A DNA stretch of 64,000 nt from the NCBI GenBank assembly GCA_965655095.1, contig OZ296653.1, positions 36,146,001 to 36,210,000 on the forward strand, given 5' to 3'. The stretch comes from Haplodiscus bocki (lineage: Eukaryota). Positions 1-10,900 of this stretch are shown piece after piece. The notes beneath the pieces were generated by a model that saw only the letters and a list, made by a program, of their open reading frames with translations, was not told the DNA's origin and searched no databases. The first letter of the stretch is position 1. The number at the start of each line of letters is the position of its first letter. The position numbers and the translations under genes are program-made.

Positions 1-132
1 CCGCTTTTTACGGCATATCTTCCTGATATAGTTACAAGTTATAACTCGCCAGAGCGAAAACCACAAAAACAGTCAGGAACGAAATTTAGTAAGACTCCAG
101 CAGGAAAACGCAAAACTCATCATCAAAAATAA

Positions 133-2529
133 CGCAGATCTCCTTTCAGGATCACAACACTGCTATACATCTGGACAGTACTTTGCATTGCAAACACCAT
201 ACAGTACTCGACTGTCAATAAACAACAGCTACCGGAATTTGAACGAGGAGCCGCTTTCATCTTTAAATACCAAGTTGTGACTTCCGAAAGTGAGAGCCAA
301 GTCCGACTATTCTCTCCTTTCCCGACGCTCCCAGATGTTAACATTGACAGCGTGCGTGTTATCGTTCACGAAAGCAATGAGAAGCTCTCACACTTGCAAC
401 ACCGCGTCACACAGGCAGGGTGTAATAACAATACGTTCAATGAGTCTCATATACCAGTTTTACAACAAATGGACAACATGTACAATCATCTTAAGACTGA
501 AATTCACGAAGCACAATCTGAACTCAACACTCTGAGTGCCATTGCAAAATCCTTCTTTCCACCAGAATCATCACCGCGAACCTCTGGACAAAGACGTTCA
601 ACTGCTGAGGAAGAACCTCACAACAGAACACGACGGCTCATTGGTGCTGTCGCAGCCCTAGCCGCGGGTACAGGATTCATCTTGGGAGAACCAATTAAAG
701 ATGTAGCATGCAATGCACTCTCCATTTTTAATCTTTGTGATTCTACTGAAGAATTAGAACGAGAACTCGCTCAAGTGACCAAAAAACAAAAGACACAACA
801 ACAGGCATTTCAGATGGTCCAAGATAAGAACAACGAAAAACTTGCATTACTTAGAGACGAAATTCGCCTAACCCAGGAAAGTGTTGAACGAATTAAAAAC
901 GACACCTACCTACGTATCTCGTATATGCTCGAGCGTATATACAGTCTTGAAGATGCGTTTCGATGTTATCAATTCGAAAGTGCGTACCGCCACTTTCTCC
1001 AGTCTTCACAACTGTATTTATCACAAATCGGCACTTTGTACACTCATTTCAAAGCTTTTCGTGCAGCATTTTACGCGTATAGAAACAATTTCTTTTCAAT
1101 CATCTCATCTCTCGCTACTGGACATATCACACCACAATTCCTACTCCCCACTCAACTTGCTACAATAGTACAGGAATTAGCCGCTGAAGAATTTCGGAAA
1201 GGTAGCAAACTGACACCTGCTATACCATCGGGATTCGACGCTATCTATTACGAATTGCAAATCGTACTAGAAGTCACAATGTTACCTAAAGGCATCTCTT
1301 TTGTACTCGGCATTCCAATGAACTCTAAATCCGCGACCTATAATGTTTTCCAAGCCGAACCTCTATACCAACCCAATGACGACGGCAAAACGGCATCACT
1401 TTACCAATTTCCAAAACCCTACGTCGCGATTGCAACAGACAATACGAATTTCGCAGAGTTAGCCGCGTCTACGCTACAACAATGCACGGGCAGTAATCGA
1501 ATCAAACTGTGCCGCAAAGGCTTTTCGACTACTACTGATGAAACGCTTCTCTGTTTGACGTCGTTGTATTTTAATCAAGACATACCAGCACTCCGAAATT
1601 GCCCCGTTTCCTCTGTCTTTCTCCCGGACGCCCCACAGGCAATCTACTTGGCAAACGGCGTCTATCACCTCATTTCACGGCACCCTACAATCGACATTAA
1701 GAACGATAGCCGATCAAATGGACTCAGTTTGTCTACGATCGATTGTCACGCGTGCGTCCTTCGACCAAGTTGTGAAAGTACTCTTTACATCAATCAAGGC
1801 GATCTTGTTCTGTCACCCGATATGGACGCATGTAAAACAACTCCGGAACCGTACATTGCAACAATCAAACTGGCACCACCTTTGAATCAAGTTTTTCAGA
1901 ATGTCCCTTTCGATCGACTTAACTTTCCAAGTTACTCAATCGGTGCCGCTCGGAAATCAATTCTTGAGAGCGTACAATTGGAACTGACTGAAATTCCAGA
2001 CGTTAGACGAATGGACCCAGAAACTTTGCAAAAATTGACAGAACCAATTGTAGCACACTACACGTCTCTCAATCCTGCAACAGAAGCCGCACTTGACAAA
2101 TTTGTACCGGCGAAAACTTCATTCTTAATCGCAGGCGGATCAATCGTACTCTCTTTATTTTTGTTTTTACTTAACTTTCCACTCTTTCACAGACAGGCAC
2201 GTGCACTTTGCTGTGCCCCACGTCGTTTCTTCAAGAATAAATCTGGCCAATTTATTCATGTCACGAACGACATCCAACCAGACTCAGACTCTTCATTTCT
2301 AATTTTGACTCGTGAGGAATTCACTGCACTACGTGCTCTTGCTAAAGAAGCCTTACTGAAGACTGAAGCTAACGCACCGTTTGTTTACTCCGCCGAAGAT
2401 GAAGAAAAACTGTACCCGGACGTCACCGCACCAACCAGAACCATTCGTACAACACCTCCCTTGGTTCTGACCACCTTCACTCCAGCTCCGGTACCTCACG
2501 TCGACACCACACAAACTACATCAGCCTAA
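133..2529 (+). CDS. env: Envelope (class I fusion, baculovirus-F/errantivirus-env/paramyxovirus-F-like) glycoprotein of an LTR retroelement; open frame begins after TAA 130-132, no ATG before the signal peptide
   Basis: Frame is open 133-2529 (track ORF 277-2529 is its GTG-started part). Contains a hydrophobic signal-like segment ITTLLYIWTVLCIANT (151-198), furin site RTRR (625-636) followed directly by a fusion-peptide-like LIGAVAALAAGTGFILG (637-687), a heptad-rich helix (TEELERELAQV...ERIKND), a Cys-rich mid region (LQQCTGSNRIKLC; CLTSLY...RNCPV; CHAC...PSC), N-glycosylation sequons (NNT, NES, NRT, NDT, NDS), a TM segment FLIAGGSIVLSLFLFLLNFPLF (2122-2187), a juxtamembrane CC and a ~110-aa tail. 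Confidence 0.88.
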   Translation, partial: RRSPFRITTLLYIWTVLCIANTIQYSTVNKQQLPEFERGAAFIFKYQVVTSESESQVRLFSPFPTLPDVNIDSVRVIVHESNEKLSHLQHRVTQAGCNNNTFNESHIPVLQQMDNMYNHLKTEIHEAQSELNTLSAIAKSFFPPESSPRTSGQRRSTAEEEPHNRTRRLIGAVAALAAGTGFILGEPIKDVACNALSIFNLCDSTEELERELAQVTKKQKTQQQAFQMVQDKNNEKLALLRDEIRLTQESVERIKNDTYLRISYMLERIYSLEDAFRCYQFESAYRHFLQSSQLYLSQIGTLYTHFKAFRAAFYAYRNNFFSIISSLATGHITPQFLLPTQLATIVQELAAEEFRKGSKLTPAIPSGFDAIYYELQIVLEVTMLPKGISFVLGIPMNSKSATYNVFQAEPLYQPNDDGKTASLYQFPKPYVAIATDNTNFAELAASTLQQCTGSNRIKLCRKGFSTTTDETLLCLTSLYFNQDIPALRNCPVSSVFLPDAPQAIYLANGVYHLISRHPTIDIKNDSRSNGLSLSTIDCHACVLRPSCESTLYINQGDLVLSPDMDACKTTPEPYIATIKLAPPLNQVFQNVPFDRLNFPSYSIGAARKSILESVQLELTEIPDVRRMDPETLQKLTEPIVAHYTSLNPATEAALDKFVPAKTSFLIAGGSIVLSLFLFLLNFPLFHRQARALCCAPRRFFKNKSGQFIHVTNDIQPDSDSSFLILTREEFTALRALAKEALLKTEANAPFVYSAEDEEKLYPDVTAPTRTIRTTPPLVLTTFTPAPVPHVDTTQTTSA

Positions 2530-2544
2530 GTTTCACTCCAAGTA

Positions 2545-3025
2545 ATGTATCATAGTGTCTATTGTACAAAGTTCACCACGTAACATAGGTAAGTATCCAA
2601 AAAGTAAACGCCTCTTCGGAGCCTCTGTGTGGCACTAGCGTGCCCCCCTCTAATCCGTCATTCCGTCCATTTCAGCCTGCATCAATGTTTCATTTGCCTC
2701 CAAGGCGATCACCTGGTCTCTCCCCGAGCCACACGCTGTCCATTTTGTTGCCAACCCTTGGCTTTTGTCCAAAACTTCCTTCAGCCCCATGTGCTCAACT
2801 TGCTCCTTTGCCCCTGCCGTTGCTCATTGCCATAACCCCCAATTTATAACTGGCCCCACTTCTACATCTCTTTGCAAACCCTGCTCCCAAACGTCATATT
2901 ACTTCACACACATTTGCCCTTCATGTGCTCCACGGAAACCAATTTCCTTTCATGAATTACCCAGATTTACTTTGTTGCGACCCCCGCATTCTCTTGTTTG
3001 CCCAACCTCCGCCTCAATTTTCTAA
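2545..3025 (+). pseudogene. Cys-rich zinc-binding (RING/B-box-like) accessory ORF downstream of env, probably two-exon (2545-2588, 2676-3025), with one in-frame TAA and one +1 frameshift
   Basis: ATG 2545; donor AG|GTAAGT at 2588/2589; branch-like CTAAT 2650-2654; pyrimidine tract and TTTCAG| at 2675 (87-nt intron). Reconstructed: MYHSVYCTKFTT*HS-LHQCFICLQGDHLVSPRATRCPFCCQPLAFVQNFLQP/MCSTCSFAPAVAHCHNPQFITGPTSTSLCKPCSQTSYYFTHICPSCAPRK..., with five CxxC pairs; frameshift most simply one extra C in CCCC 2785-2788. Confidence 0.55.
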
Positions 3026-3541
3026 ATTTTTTACTTTTCAACGTAGATACCCCAACCATGAGAAAAACAATTGAGACGATGATACGTAATAAACTTCAAA
3101 TTATAGTGACCGGCTCTTATAGCCCTTCAAAAATGTCTTGCTAACCTAATAGTTCTTATTAGTGCTTGGATCTTTTTAACTCAGTTCATCAGCGAACTCC
3201 ATTTGTAAGCTCAGCAGCTTCCTATTTGTGAGACGGTTTCCGCGTCTCCCCTTGAATATTTTAGCCTACCTTCTGCATCAATGACAACTTGTGATGGGTG
3301 AACTCACAACGTTCTAGCGGGTCATGTGCTTCACCTCTTCGATGACAGCCAATACCGCATACTCAGGGTCACACTTTTCTCTGGCCCGGCGATCCTAAAA
3401 AGGACAAACCATTCTACAAGTCGCAGTTTTTTTTTACGGACCCCTTCACAACTTTTCATGAGCGCTCCTCACATGGTCAATCAGTCAATCTTCTTGAACC
3501 CGTCAACGATGTCTCAGTTTAGTTTGTGGGACACAAACTTC

Positions 3542-3554
3542 AAGAAGGAAAGCA
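3542..3554 (+). other. Putative polypurine tract preceding the 3' LTR
   Basis: AAGAAGGAAAGCA ~1 kb downstream of the env stop, followed by TATGACAAT (3556, read as a mutated TGTGAC LTR start). Confidence 0.45.
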
Positions 3555-3555
3555 T

Positions 3556-4875
3556 TATGACAATCAGAAATTGTCAAAAGAAATAACATGAACGTTTTGA
3601 TAAACATGAACACTTTTAACTCGAACAATTTTGAACTACTTTTTCTATTCTAATTTTGGTGCTCACCTCTATTATTCTTAAATTAGATTGCACTTATCAT
3701 ACTTCTGATCACGCCAACATATCACGCCACCTTAGTCTAATAAAAGTGCAGAATTATTATTAAAATGACGATGATTTCTGGTGCTTTAACAATCTCTTGG
3801 AGATGGCTGCTACATGACAGCAACGTCCTGGAAACGCTTTGACAACCAACATTCCAGAACATTCCAAGGACGAACTCCAGAGACTTTTTACGCCATCGAT
3901 TGCACCAGATCGACAAAAATAGCCAAAAATCGTCAAAAGCACCAACAGGCGTGAAAATTCATCACGCCGATCGGGGTATAAAAGCCAGAGCTCCAAAATC
4001 AACTTTTCAGTGCTCAACTCGGTAATCTGAAAATCAACCTACGACGTTAGACGTCTTGTGAATGAATCTTCAAAACAAATAGCCAATTTCTATCTTCAAA
4101 TTTTCTGACGAATTCGAATCCCGTCTATTCAAAGAACACCCCAGAAGGATCAATTGGCTGTCTAGAAGATTTTGATCGTCCACATAAGTTTCCAATCATA
4201 ATGTCGTGAGTTCTATTAGTTTAATCTTATAATTTCTTTTGTAAAATACAATTTTGTTAAACCGTACCTTAACGAAAAGAAATTCAATCAACTTCATAAT
4301 TTTAGTTCTTTCACTTTTACCATAGCAAGCTCTAAACAGATCAAAATTTTTGTAACCCCAAAGTAGTTAAAACTACTTTTTCAATTCAATAGTAGTGAAG
4401 TATCCCAGACTCACTACTAACAAAACCATTTACGTGACGAGAACCTGAAACACACATCCGAAAGAACAGTAAAGATGAAATTTGTTCAGAGCTTGTTAAA
4501 ATTTGAGAAGATAGAAAGTCAGAACCACCACCACCATTAATCGAGATTATAAAATTTAGAATTAAGAAACAACTCGTTTGCATAGAGTTGATAGTATTCC
4601 AAACCAAATTCACTCTATACCGTGCGGTGGGCTAAGTGACGGTAAGGTACCAGCGTAGCATATTGACCCGAACCAAGTAGAACCTGGAAGCTCTGCAGTA
4701 CGGAAGATTTGCATGGTTGTGAACTGAACGTCTTACGGTTCTGCCAAACACCATAGAGTGGATTATTTAAGACGTATAGTTAAGAAAGAATAAAATTCAG
4801 CCACCACCATTCAATACAAAAAAAGCAAGCCACTCGAGCAGAAAAAGAATATGAAAACACAACACACACGTCACA
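3556..4875 (+). mobile_element. Putative 3' LTR of the env-bearing retroelement (right end uncertain: GTCACA at 4875, or CGCAACA at 5938)
   Basis: Follows the PPT; T(A>G)TGAC...GTCACA would be inverted termini; internal TATA/Inr pair; AATAAA near 4789. The 5' LTR is outside the window, so no confirmation by direct repeat. Confidence 0.4.
3977..4011 (+). promoter_or_regulatory. Pol II core promoter in the putative LTR (TATA box + initiator)
   Basis: TATAAAA at 3977-3983 and TCAGT at 4007-4011, with the A 32 nt from the first T of TATA, which is canonical spacing. Confidence 0.6.
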
Positions 4876-5951
4876 ATAGTTATGAACGAACTTTATCCAT
4901 TCGCAACTCTGAATATTCGATCTCCAACAGTTTCCAGGTATTTTTCGCTCTGAGATAATACATGATTTCAGCTTTGTTTTTTGATTGTCTGTTATTCCTT
5001 TGTTTGATGGTGATATCTGTTTTAGAATCTAAATTACAGCGAATTCAATCTATTTCACCGCCAGATTAGTCGGTCAAATGACGTTGACTCATCAAAATTT
5101 TGTTACCTTCTCGACAAAATAGAACGCGTAAATAATCACAAGCTGCGCCTCAGCCTAAAAGACTGGTTTAAAAACTACTTAGGCAACACATTCATTCTTC
5201 CACCTATTCCACACATTGTGTTTTATACTAGCCTTGCGATTCCCCATTTAGGGAAATGCTTTAGTTCTTCAACTGAACCTCAACCTTACGTTTTATCCCT
5301 CCAATATTTTTCTAATTATCTTGTATCACAAGTGGCTTGCGGAAATACAGCAACATCACCTATGATGTCGGAAAATAGTAAATGGTTGACTTATTGAAAA
5401 GCGAATGTTTTCCTTTTAGTTTTAGAATTTTTGTAACTCGACGCAATGCCTTTTAGCAAAACAGTCACTCTTTTAGTGTGTTTCAATACCTAACCACTTT
5501 TGCTTGGGCGATTAAGATACAAAACGTTTCCGAGAAAGCTATCCAAAACAATTGGACTCTCTGCCGCTGACCTAATCAAATGATGTGTCCTCATCATCAA
5601 GTACTCTTACGTTTCCTTATCCCGAACAAAATAATCGGAACTGGGAGTTCAAAATCCAGAGCTTCACGTTCCACATTCGTTTTTCTCCGACAAAAACAGA
5701 CAACTCTGACGAATTTGTTGTACAAGCATTGTGGGACCTCACATAGAAAACAAGCGAACACATTTTGTTGGAGCGCATTCCAACTCCTCAAGGAGACTCT
5801 GCTCGAGACACTTCTGAGCACATATCACAAGACTGTGGAGTCTTAGGATCCCCATATTGGCTGAAATTCCTTCCTATGAGATAATCTTGTCTTTAAACTG
5901 TCCCACCAAAAGATATCTACAACGAGGAAGCCGCAACATGTAGGAAGAGGT

Positions 5952-6470
5952 TATTATTTGCGTCATGTTTTTAATTATGGAAACAAAATCATCCAGACAA
6001 AGGGGTTGGTTTTTACCCCATTTTTACAAATTGCATTCACGCATGTTAAACCATGTTCGTTCTCGTTTCTTAACATGAAAGTTAGTTTCCACCGAAATGT
6101 AGCAACTTTACCGTAGAATGCGACTAAAATAGTAAGATTTTCCAGAACGTTCAAAATTTGGGTTTTTTGGAAAAAAAAGTAGAGATGTTTTGAAAAAGAA
6201 CTTTCACTTCTTTCAAAATCGCTAAATGTGGCATATTTTTTGTAGAATGCGCATCAAAAGATATCCTTTCTTGAAAATATTTTTCTAAGTTTTTCCACCT
6301 TATTTGTGGGATTTTTGGTTCCAGATTGCAAAATTTTTGAGATAAGAAAATTCGGAAAAAATTATGAAGAAACAGGGTACTTTGAAAAATCCGTTCTCAT
6401 TTTATTAAATTGGCATTTTTATCAAAATGGGAAGGCGCATTTTTTGACGGTTTTAGACGGCCGTCTTGTT
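5952..6470 (+). mobile_element. Non-autonomous Helentron-associated element (HINE, DINE-1-like), copy 1
   Basis: 5' subterminal TATTTGCGTC, 3' inverted GGCGCATTTT followed by a GC-rich stem and GGCCGTCTTGTT; body homologous to 43406-44749. Confidence 0.6.
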
Positions 6471-6779
6471 ATTCTTACTTTTAGAAGTGTATGGTAACAA
6501 AAAGACATTGAAGACACACAAAGGTTGTTTTTTTAATAGTAAATCACTTTTCCCCAAGTTTACCTCCGGGAACTAGAGAAAGAAAGTGAGCATTACTTCA
6601 CGTTTCTACCACACTTATTTATCTCTTTGGCCGATGGGAAACGAACACAAACGCTGTCCCAAATTGATCTCGATTTGATAGGACCACCAAACTCTCAAAA
6701 AGTTCTGGTAACTAAAATTCGCAGCAACGTAACGTCCAGCGATGCATTCTTGGTACTCTTGTCATCTGCAAGACACGTC

Positions 6780-7420
6780 AGTGACTAGACTCGATGGTGC
6801 CGTCCAATCGATCGCCACAGGTGAAACAATTCGCAGCGTTTTTGATAAAGTTGTTTTCCGCCACCTGTTTCCTCAAGCTTGTCAGGAACGAATGCCGAAA
6901 CATTTTGAAATGGGTGTTGGGAATGCCTGTGAGATAATCATTCAGACCACCAACGGAAATGTTGAGTTTTCTGCAGCTTTATTGGCAAGGACTTGTCTAA
7001 ATTTGAGGCAGTCATGGTGGAAAGAAAAATACTTCTGGACATCATCTGCTTTTCCTATCGTGAAGTTTTTAGGTGACAGTGCTTTTGCTACAGCGCTTCT
7101 TCCACAAACGGTTTTGATGCCCACTAAGTTGAACGTTCGTGCGGTGTTCAGTAACGAAAAATAATAGGCTCATTTTCTTCATTTTGGCTCTGTCCGTACT
7201 CTTTTCCTTTGTAGAAGACAGCGCTTAATTATTTCACAACCTTTGTTGCAACAATGGTTGCGAAAGCCTTGGCATTTTTACGAAATTTCCCGCCATGGCA
7301 TAGATTGAAAAAAAATTGGGGCAGCTTTTCTAATAGCCCTCACTACGCATTAAAGTTTGGCGCATGATCCTAGCATAAAAGGTTATTATTCTGATGGAAT
7401 GGATTTGCTGAGATCATGCA
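6780..7420 (+). pseudogene. Degraded non-LTR reverse transcriptase fragment, CRE/RLE-clade-like
   Basis: DGAVQSIATGETIRSVFDK...PKHFEMGVGNACEIIIQ resembles the GGxRPIAVGETxRRL...PxQxGVGVxGGCExIxH motifs of CRE-type RTs; frame broken downstream. Confidence 0.5.
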
Positions 7421-8629
7421 TTGGCACTGGTCTCAACAATCAATTGCCGAATCAGAAGCGCTGTGACATTTACCGAATCTTGAAAATCTTTTCAAGTTAA
7501 AGATTCCGAAAGAAAAGTTAGTCTTCTAAAAACTCGTTTTGGTGTAGTTTAAGTGACTCGTCTGCTCCAGACAATTAAGTCAGATTCTATATCGCCGCTT
7601 TTATTGAAACTTTCAGTAACAAAATATGGCGCACCTTTGGAAAATTCACAATTTAGAGCCAATTTCTAAATCCGAAAATTTTGTTTGCTCTTTGACTCTT
7701 TACCTCGCGAAGAAGAAAGCTCATCAAGTTTTAGTTTTATGTAGAAAAATCGTTTTTTTTTTGTGATATGGCTCTTGTGAGTTGGAGACTGACTCTCGTA
7801 GATAAAAACAACAGAAACAATGTGAACGTACTTGATTTGATGAGGTTCAACAATGTCTTCAAAATCTTTCGTAATCATTGCCGCGTTGAGGTTTTAATTC
7901 AATATGCTTGTTTTTCATAAAGTACCGAAGACTCCAAAGTATGCTGAATAAATAATTAATCACAATTAGAGAATGAAATATTTGACGCTGCGGCTTTGCC
8001 ACAAAAGCAAATGTTCTCTTCTAACCGTTGCATTTTTCTACTGAATTTTTATTTACCCGTCACTGCAACTGGGCAGCCTTCATACCTCTAAAAGTGCTGA
8101 CCTCAATGTTGACTTCTGTTGATTGTTGCAACTACTCGTGTTCTCGCCTTGAAGAACAAAGTTGTATATCGTGCAGTTTCATCTTTGGTTGACCATACTG
8201 TCAGCTGCATCGTTTTTTGAAAACTTCCGTTTCAACTGCTTTAGTCAGATACTTTGAACACGACACTCAAAACAAACCAGTTGAAATCTGTGAAGTTTCG
8301 CCATAGCTATTCGGTTCAAAATTGCACGTTTGGCTTCGGATGTGACTATCGCTCGCCCTGCAGGTGTTTCTCATTTCTAAAGCGGTAGAGGGGCCTAGCT
8401 GTGCAGTTTCTGTCGCTGAAAAATAAAAATCCGTTCATTTTGGAGTTTTGTGCCATTTAGATGGGTTACTAATCATTCCTCTAATTCTTGGAGCTTGCAG
8501 TGGGCCTATTGTTGAAGCTAAAACTTACTGCAAGATTCTGGCCAAATGTTACTTGATAAAATTTTCCGTGATACAGCTGGTGCCAGCACAGTAGTTCAGA
8601 AGAAAAGTTCAATGGAATTGTAACGTTAC

Positions 8630-10900
8630 TATAGTAATCGCACGAAAAAGCAGCTTTTCCCATGACTAATAACCCTGAACCCTAGAACTGGAGTGAGCAA
8701 GTCAACCACACAAATTTTCAGCTCAACGAAGTTTTTTTGATATTCCTTCTTGAACATCAGAAAACCGCTTCTCTGAAAGTGTGGAATATTTTTCGGTAAA
8801 GAAGTTTTCCTTCGAGCACATTGTTTCCGGCCTTTGAATAAAAAGAAAAACACGGAAGTATTCCCAACTGCGGAGATTCGCAACTGTTTCGAAGAAAACC
8901 AATCGACTGCCAAATAATGTCTTACGGCCCCTGTTTTCGTAACTGTCAACCTTGAGCCGACATTTCGCTCCCTGCCAATGTCTCCACATCGTCTGAATAA
9001 TTTGACCCTTACAGGTTCTAGCACAGGTTCCTGCAAAATTACTCCAACATCCAATTTTTCTGTAGAATTAATGCTAACTTAAGCAGCTCCGCCATTTCGT
9101 GAGGTGAGTTCCTATTGTGTACACCCATATTAGAATCATGAAGTGGGGTGTATGGAAAAGTTATCTAAACACATGGCTACTCAGGTTCTCTGTTTCAGCC
9201 AATAGTTATACTATCATTTTTCTACCGGAGCACACCTAGACGGTGGTTCGAATTTTTATGATTGAGCTCGTAGATCAGTTCGACTCGTGTAAATACGTGT
9301 AACCTGTTTGGAAGACCACCCTGGAAATATGTCATCCTCAACAGCTTGGTGTTTGACTAGTTCGCAATTGACAAAATGGCGAAGAGGTTTACCTCTTCAC
9401 CTAAAGGCTCAATAATTTCAAGGCTTACTTGACTTAAATTGGCGAGCCGATTGACACTCCGTTATTACAATACCAGACCATATTTTCGCAAGATTATAGA
9501 TGGAATATTTTGCAGTCAGCCTACAAAGTGTAATTGCCGGTAAGCATGGACACTGAAGATCTGTCTGCTGCAATCAGGATGTGCCAGCTACTTCAAAACG
9601 TTCAAGGTGAACGATGGTTTTTGAGTCCTAGCCACAGTTTGCCCCAATAAAAAATTCCGGAAACTTCAATCTAACAGAAGCTTTAAGAAGCTGAAAAAAT
9701 TGAATAAGTTACAGATTTTCGGTGGCATTGAAGTATGTTTGTTTTCGTTTTGTTGGAACAACTTGAAACCCAAACGAGTGACGCATTGGCATCCCATTTT
9801 CTCAACAAGGCTAAATTGAAGAAGAGAAAAATAGTTCCTCAGTCATGGAACTTTTTCATGGCCAACAATTTTTGTGCAAACTGAAGGCAGTGTTTCTCCT
9901 ATTGCAATGGTCCCTATCCCCACCTGGTTTTTTCAAGGCAATCAATCTCCGCGTTGCTGTTGCTCTAGGACAGTAGGCAGTAGATATCCTTTTAAAAAGT
10001 CATTGGCTGAAGGCATCGACTGTTGAAGGGTTTTCTCAGCGAACGCAGGGCAAAGCACAAAACTGCTTTTTTCAGGTGCTCAAAGCCTGAAGATCTTCCG
10101 GGCAAAACTTTGTCGTTCATCGAACTGGAGTGTCACTAGCTTTTTTTTGCTGATGCGTAAAAACAGCTTTTCTTTGTCAAAGATATTTCAAAACACAACA
10201 TTGCCCAGGGTTCTTTAGACAATATTTACCAATTCCTCACACTTTTCTGCAATGCCGCCCGGACGAAGAAGTTGCTCTGCATTTCTCAGTCTCTGTACTT
10301 GAGCCATCAGATGAGTTCCGCGCATTCTCTTCAATATGGCTCTGTATCGTTGAGCACTTCTGCTTTTGGTGTCCTGATAGGTGTTGTTGGTTCTCCAGCG
10401 AGAGTGCCATGAAATATTTTTCAACGAAACGGTGACAAACCAGCTATTTTTTGGCAATTTTTTGCCCGACCAGTTTGTAGCGGCAATCGGAAGCAGCTAA
10501 CTAACTGTAAGCATGTACAGCAAATTGTAACCCTTCTCATTGTCAGTTTTTGGGACTAGAACTGAAAACTTCCGACGATTTGTTCTTACAAGACCGTGGA
10601 TTGTGGCAAACCGTAGAGAAAGAACAAGTGAGATTTTCATCAAAATGAAAATGACTCGAGTCGTTTCAGAGTAAAACTTCCTCAGGTTTGGACATTATAG
10701 ATTGTTAATGTATACTGTGATCAGTTTTCACGTGAGGCATTCAGTCCTGGTTTTCGTGCCTATTGTGAAATCTGGGGTTGAGTGGCACTGACCATGAGCA
10801 GGTATCGCTGGAACAGCCTTCCAATTCAAAGAAAAATGAATCTGGAGCATGATGCGCCTTGTTTTGTCGCAGTTCTCAATGTGAAATAAGATGACAGAAA
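8630..10900 (-). pseudogene. pol: Highly degraded Gypsy pol remnants (two fragments: RNase H-integrase ~10900-9750; RT-RNase H ~9600-8650)
   Basis: Decayed motifs on the minus strand: HVKTDH (~10720), integrase zinc-domain-like RAILKRMRGTHL...PGGIAEKCEELV (10215-10350), EPWAML (PWERL-like), ADCK (LCADYK-like), SSP(A)FCQ...YFQGG (FQDD-like), VGVILQ...SRLT...LAVDWF (RNase H). Confidence 0.45.

Noticed and set aside
8630-10460. Integrase upstream of RT-RNase H (Gmr1/copia-like domain order)
   Set aside because: An RNase H-like TDH motif also precedes the integrase (~10720), so two ordinary Gypsy fragments explain it; the motifs are too decayed to claim more.
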